From the NCBI GenBank assembly GCA_014727975.1, contig WJMK01000017.1, positions 3,926 through 67,925 of the forward strand: a stretch of DNA of 64,000 nt, given 5' to 3'. A model generated the notes under the pieces. That model was given only the letters and a program-made list of their open reading frames with translations, ran no database searches and was not told the origin of the DNA. Origin of the DNA: Candidatus Micrarchaeota archaeon (lineage in GTDB: Archaea > Micrarchaeota > Micrarchaeia > Anstonellales > Bilamarchaeaceae). The stretch's first letter is position 1; each line of letters starts with the position of its first letter. Both the position numbers and the translations under genes were made by a program. This document shows positions 61,008 through 64,000 of this stretch, in pieces.

Positions 61008-62396
61008 ATGGCTACTCCAGAAGACGTTTTTGAATATATCACATCCAATAACATAAGGTGGGTTGACCTCCAGTTTTTTGATGTAGAAGGAAGGATGAAC
61101 AGGACAACCATAAATGCAAGGGAGCTTACAAGCGCTTCTTTCACAAAAGGGGTTTATTGCGGGGACCTGAAAGAGGTTTTCGGATGGTCAGATGACGGGG
61201 AGCTCGTGCTCATGCCCGACCCGGATACTTTTGGGAGGATAGCCTGGGAGCCCAGCACCATGCGCATTATCTGCAACGTTGTTGTGAGCCCCCGCGGGGA
61301 AAGGTACCTCAAGGACCCCCGCTATGTACCCGAGCGCGCACTGGTAAATTCCAGGGCAATGGGATTCACGGACGCCACTGCTTCCCAGGAACTTGATTTT
61401 TACGTACTTGACAACGTAAATGTTGACAAGATGACTCCACAGCGCGGACCAAACTGCCTTATCGAGTCGAGAGAAGCCCCCTGGTCACCATCTCCCCTCT
61501 GGAACGGCCCCAGGGGAGCATATTACTCCCAGCCCTTTGATACGCTCTACAGTGCAAGAACCCAGGTTTCAGAAGTGATTGAGGATAATTTCCGCTACAT
61601 AATAACAAAGCACTACCACGGAAGGTCTACCAGCGGCCAGCAGACCCTTGCACTTGCCCCCCTCTCACTGAGTGATTCTGCAGATGCAATAGAGACTACA
61701 AAGTTTGCAGTGCGCAACCTCGCATTCATTGCAAATTCAATGGCCACTTTTATGGCCCTTCCGGTGCTTGGGGAAAGGGGGAGCCAGCTCCTTTCCGGCC
61801 TTACCCTATGGAAAAAAGACGAGAACGTGTTTTATGATTCCACGGATAAGTATGCACAGCTTAGCCAGTCCGGCCGCTATTTCATAGGCGGTCTCCTGGA
61901 CCACGCAGCCGCACTGATGATTTTCACTAACCCGAATACAAATTCCTACAAGAGGTTTGCAACCGACCCACGCCATATTGCCTGGGGAACCCGAAACTCT
62001 TCTGCAATTGTCCGGGTGGAAAACGAAATCAAGAATGACCGCAAGGGCAAGAAGGTAGTTTTCAATCTTGCAGACCCCTCTGCCAACCCCTACATCGCAG
62101 CGGGGGTTGTTGTTGCAGCGGGCCTTGATGGAATCAAGAACAAGAAGGACCCCGGAGACCCAATAGATTCAAACATGGATGACATGGACGAGGACGAGCT
62201 CCAGAAAGCAGGCGCAAGATCCCTTCCCGGAAACATCCTTGAAGCAATTGCTGCCCTTGAATCAGACAACAAGTTCCTGAAGGGAATCCTCTCTTCCGAC
62301 ATACTGGAGAGTTACCTTGAAGACAAGATTGAGGAGCACAAGGAGCAGAGCGCGCGCCCGACCTCATACGAGTTCGAGAAATACTTCAACATGTAG
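61008..62396 (+). CDS. glutamine synthetase-like protein (type I fold) with degenerate active-site motifs
   Basis: GS scaffold motifs are present (VDLQFFDVEG, ATFMA, NSYKR, DPSANPYIAAGVVVAAGLDGI). Canonical catalytic positions appear substituted (see finding). The ATG at 61008 is preferred over 60954. Confidence 0.8.
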   Translation: MATPEDVFEYITSNNIRWVDLQFFDVEGRMNRTTINARELTSASFTKGVYCGDLKEVFGWSDDGELVLMPDPDTFGRIAWEPSTMRIICNVVVSPRGERYLKDPRYVPERALVNSRAMGFTDATASQELDFYVLDNVNVDKMTPQRGPNCLIESREAPWSPSPLWNGPRGAYYSQPFDTLYSARTQVSEVIEDNFRYIITKHYHGRSTSGQQTLALAPLSLSDSADAIETTKFAVRNLAFIANSMATFMALPVLGERGSQLLSGLTLWKKDENVFYDSTDKYAQLSQSGRYFIGGLLDHAAALMIFTNPNTNSYKRFATDPRHIAWGTRNSSAIVRVENEIKNDRKGKKVVFNLADPSANPYIAAGVVVAAGLDGIKNKKDPGDPIDSNMDDMDEDELQKAGARSLPGNILEAIAALESDNKFLKGILSSDILESYLEDKIEEHKEQSARPTSYEFEKYFNM

Positions 62397-62412
62397 AAGG
62401 CATGGTGTATCC

Positions 62413-62667
62413 TTGCTCGACATTGATCTTATCGGCTACCTTGCAGGCATAACGGTAGCAATTTCCCTCACTCCCCAGGTGCTCAAGGCATGGAGAACCA
62501 AATCCACCAGGGACATTTCAGTGACGTGGACACTTATATACATCTTTGGCCTTTTCCTCTGGATTGTCTATGGATTCGGAATCTCCAGCTACCCGGTAAT
62601 TTTTACAATAACTATTGAAGCACTGCTTGCATTCTCCCTGCTGGTGCTGAAGCTGAAGTACGGCTGA
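62413..62667 (+). CDS. SemiSWEET / PQ-loop small sugar transporter
   Basis: About 85 aa with 3 TMs and the PQ motif (ISLTPQVLKAWRTKSTRDIS). The start is uncertain (TTG 62413). The N-terminal part of the listed 62317 ORF overlaps the GS-like gene and is basic junk. Confidence 0.7.
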   Translation: MLDIDLIGYLAGITVAISLTPQVLKAWRTKSTRDISVTWTLIYIFGLFLWIVYGFGISSYPVIFTITIEALLAFSLLVLKLKYG

Positions 62668-62708
62668 GCTCCATTCTCTATTTTAATTTTTCCTTCTTAT
62701 TCTTTCCA

Positions 62709-63215
62709 ATGAGCACCAAGGTAGCAGTTGCAGTGGCTTTCATTGTCCTTTTTTCCCTAGGCCTTGCTTTCCAGGGCGCTCCCCCCTCCACAATCCTTAT
62801 TTGTGCAATAAGCATAGCTATAGGCTCAGCGCTCCCGGACCTGGACCGCCTATTCTTCCCTGTCTGGAAATACCTAAAATATTTACTAATATTAATGGGC
62901 GCCCTCCTTTTTGGATATGTATTCACGATGGCCCCCGCCCTCTGCTATTATATTGCTGTTCCATATTGCACAATCCTCCTCCCTGCACTAGTAGGAATAT
63001 TCATCCTGTTCATATTCCTGTTTGATTTCCTGGACCCCTCCAAGCCCCCGTTCCACAGCCTCATCGCAATGGTTTTCGCAGCCCTCACATACTCCCTGAT
63101 ACTCTCATATGCAGGCTTCGTGGAATCCAGCTTCCTCGCCACGGGCGCTTTCGCAGCAGCCTACACCCTCCACTACTTCCTTGAGTCCGCAAATGTAGAC
63201 CGCTCCCGCCTATGA
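62709..63215 (+). CDS. polytopic membrane protein (possibly DUF457/YdjM-like metal-dependent hydrolase)
   Basis: About 5 TMs. GSALPDLD and PPFHSLIAMV motifs are reminiscent of DUF457. Tentative. Confidence 0.45.
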   Translation: MSTKVAVAVAFIVLFSLGLAFQGAPPSTILICAISIAIGSALPDLDRLFFPVWKYLKYLLILMGALLFGYVFTMAPALCYYIAVPYCTILLPALVGIFILFIFLFDFLDPSKPPFHSLIAMVFAALTYSLILSYAGFVESSFLATGAFAAAYTLHYFLESANVDRSRL

Positions 63216-63315
63216 AGAAATTCCCCAAAAACCGCACTAAAGAACTTTTATAAATATTACTACTTACTAATCACTCCACGTATTTTAGCAACTCTAAAAA
63301 AGGAGTGTGAAAACT

Positions 63316-64000
63316 ATGGGAAAAGTAAATAGTGGAGAAGTAATGCCCGAAGGTTCAAATCGGGTAATTGGAAGAGATGCGATGCGCATAAACATCGCAA
63401 TTGGATACGCGGTTGCAAACATAATCAAGACCACCCTCGGACCGAAGGGGATGGACAAGATGCTCGTTTCCGAGCTTGGGGACATCGTAATAACAAACGA
63501 CGGTGCAACCATCCTCGAGGAAATGAACGTTGACCACCCCGCGGCAAAGCTGATGGTGGAAATTGCAAAGACACAGGACAAGGAAGTCGGAGACGGAACA
63601 ACCACCTCTGTAGTCCTCGCAGGGAACCTCCTCAAGAAGGCAGGCGACCTCCTGGACCAGTCCATCCACCCAACTACAATCATCAAGGGATATGAGCTCG
63701 CAGCCACAAAGGCAGAAGAGCTCCTTGCAAAGCTTGGCAAGGATGTAACTCCGGAAGACAAGGAAATCCTCCTCAAAATTGCGCTTGTCTCAATGGGTTC
63801 GAAAGGGATTGGCAGCGACCAGGAAAAGAAGAAGATTTCCGAGCTTGTAGTTGATTCTATCGGCAAGGTTGCCGAGCAGAAGGATGGGATCTACTACGTA
63901 GACACCGACCTCATCAAGATTGAAAAGAAGGCTGGAGGAGACGTAATGGACACCGAACTTATCAACGGTGTCCTCATAGACAAGGAAATCGTAAACGCAG
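63316..64000 (+). CDS. ths: thermosome (group II chaperonin) subunit, 3' end cut by window edge
   Basis: Hand translation gives [27 protein letters not shown]...[13 protein letters not shown]...[12 protein letters not shown]...[24 protein letters not shown]. It has no stop within the window and so is absent from the ORF track. A GGAG lies 11-14 nt upstream of the ATG. Confidence 0.95.
   Translation, partial: MGKVNSGEVMPEGSNRVIGRDAMRINIAIGYAVANIIKTTLGPKGMDKMLVSELGDIVITNDGATILEEMNVDHPAAKLMVEIAKTQDKEVGDGTTTSVVLAGNLLKKAGDLLDQSIHPTTIIKGYELAATKAEELLAKLGKDVTPEDKEILLKIALVSMGSKGIGSDQEKKKISELVVDSIGKVAEQKDGIYYVDTDLIKIEKKAGGDVMDTELINGVLIDKEIVNA

Noticed and set aside
62317-62412. Arg-rich N-terminal part of the ORF containing the SemiSWEET
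   Set aside because: It overlaps the 3' end of the GS-like gene in another frame and is compositionally junk. A SemiSWEET is about 85 aa.
1-64000. CRISPR arrays, rRNA genes, IS elements
   Set aside because: No regularly spaced direct repeats of 25-40 bp were seen, nor rRNA-like conserved stretches or transposase-like ORFs on either strand.

Overview
The window is a gene-dense archaeal chromosomal segment. It holds about 59 protein genes, 2 tRNAs, no rRNA, no CRISPR array and no recognisable transposase or integrase. The archaeal assignment rests on hallmark genes read from the translations: r-proteins S19e/L39e/L31e/LX, aIF6, prefoldin alpha, FtsY, KsgA, fibrillarin, TFE, PCNA, thermosome, NreA, Hef-like and Lhr-like helicases, an aCPSF2-like beta-CASP RNase, and an intron-containing tRNA.

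Housekeeping blocks:
- The conserved archaeal translation cluster rps19e-PDCD5-like-rpl39e-rpl31e-eif6-rplX-pfdA-ftsY (1.8-5.9 kb).
- Purine biosynthesis: a purS-purS-purL fusion, purQ, purF and purD.
- ADP-forming acetyl-CoA synthetase beta/alpha.
- PLP synthase pdxS/pdxT.
- pheT, map and pepA.

Accessory or orphan content:
- A 7.5-21.9 kb region is dominated by orphan giant, charged and secreted proteins. It includes a translationally coupled three-gene operon of paralogous surface proteins.
- A 1226-aa acidic surface protein.
- A 1637-aa HEAT-repeat protein.

Most interesting candidate: a compact five-gene membrane/ATPase module at 46.6-50.7 kb. By sequence features it looks like a minimal type-IV-secretion / archaeal Ced-Ted-like apparatus: a VirB2-like two-helix protein, a VirB6-like polytopic protein, a split VirB3/VirB4 ATPase, and a coiled-coil wHTH protein. 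It sits among housekeeping genes, with no relaxase, coupling protein or integrase nearby.

Second strongest signal: a perfect 16-bp palindrome, TGTAACCATGGTTACA, present four times and always intergenic, next to purL, purF, hef and acd/beta-CASP. This suggests an undescribed operator or regulon.

Other notable points:
- A near-identical Lys/Glu/Pro-rich coding module is shared by L31e and FtsY.
- TFE carries a Lys-rich N-terminal extension of about 170 aa.
- A glutamine-synthetase-like gene appears to lack most catalytic residues.
- A HEPN-motif gene abuts the tRNA-Arg gene.

All family assignments come from reading the provided translations by eye. No database search was run.
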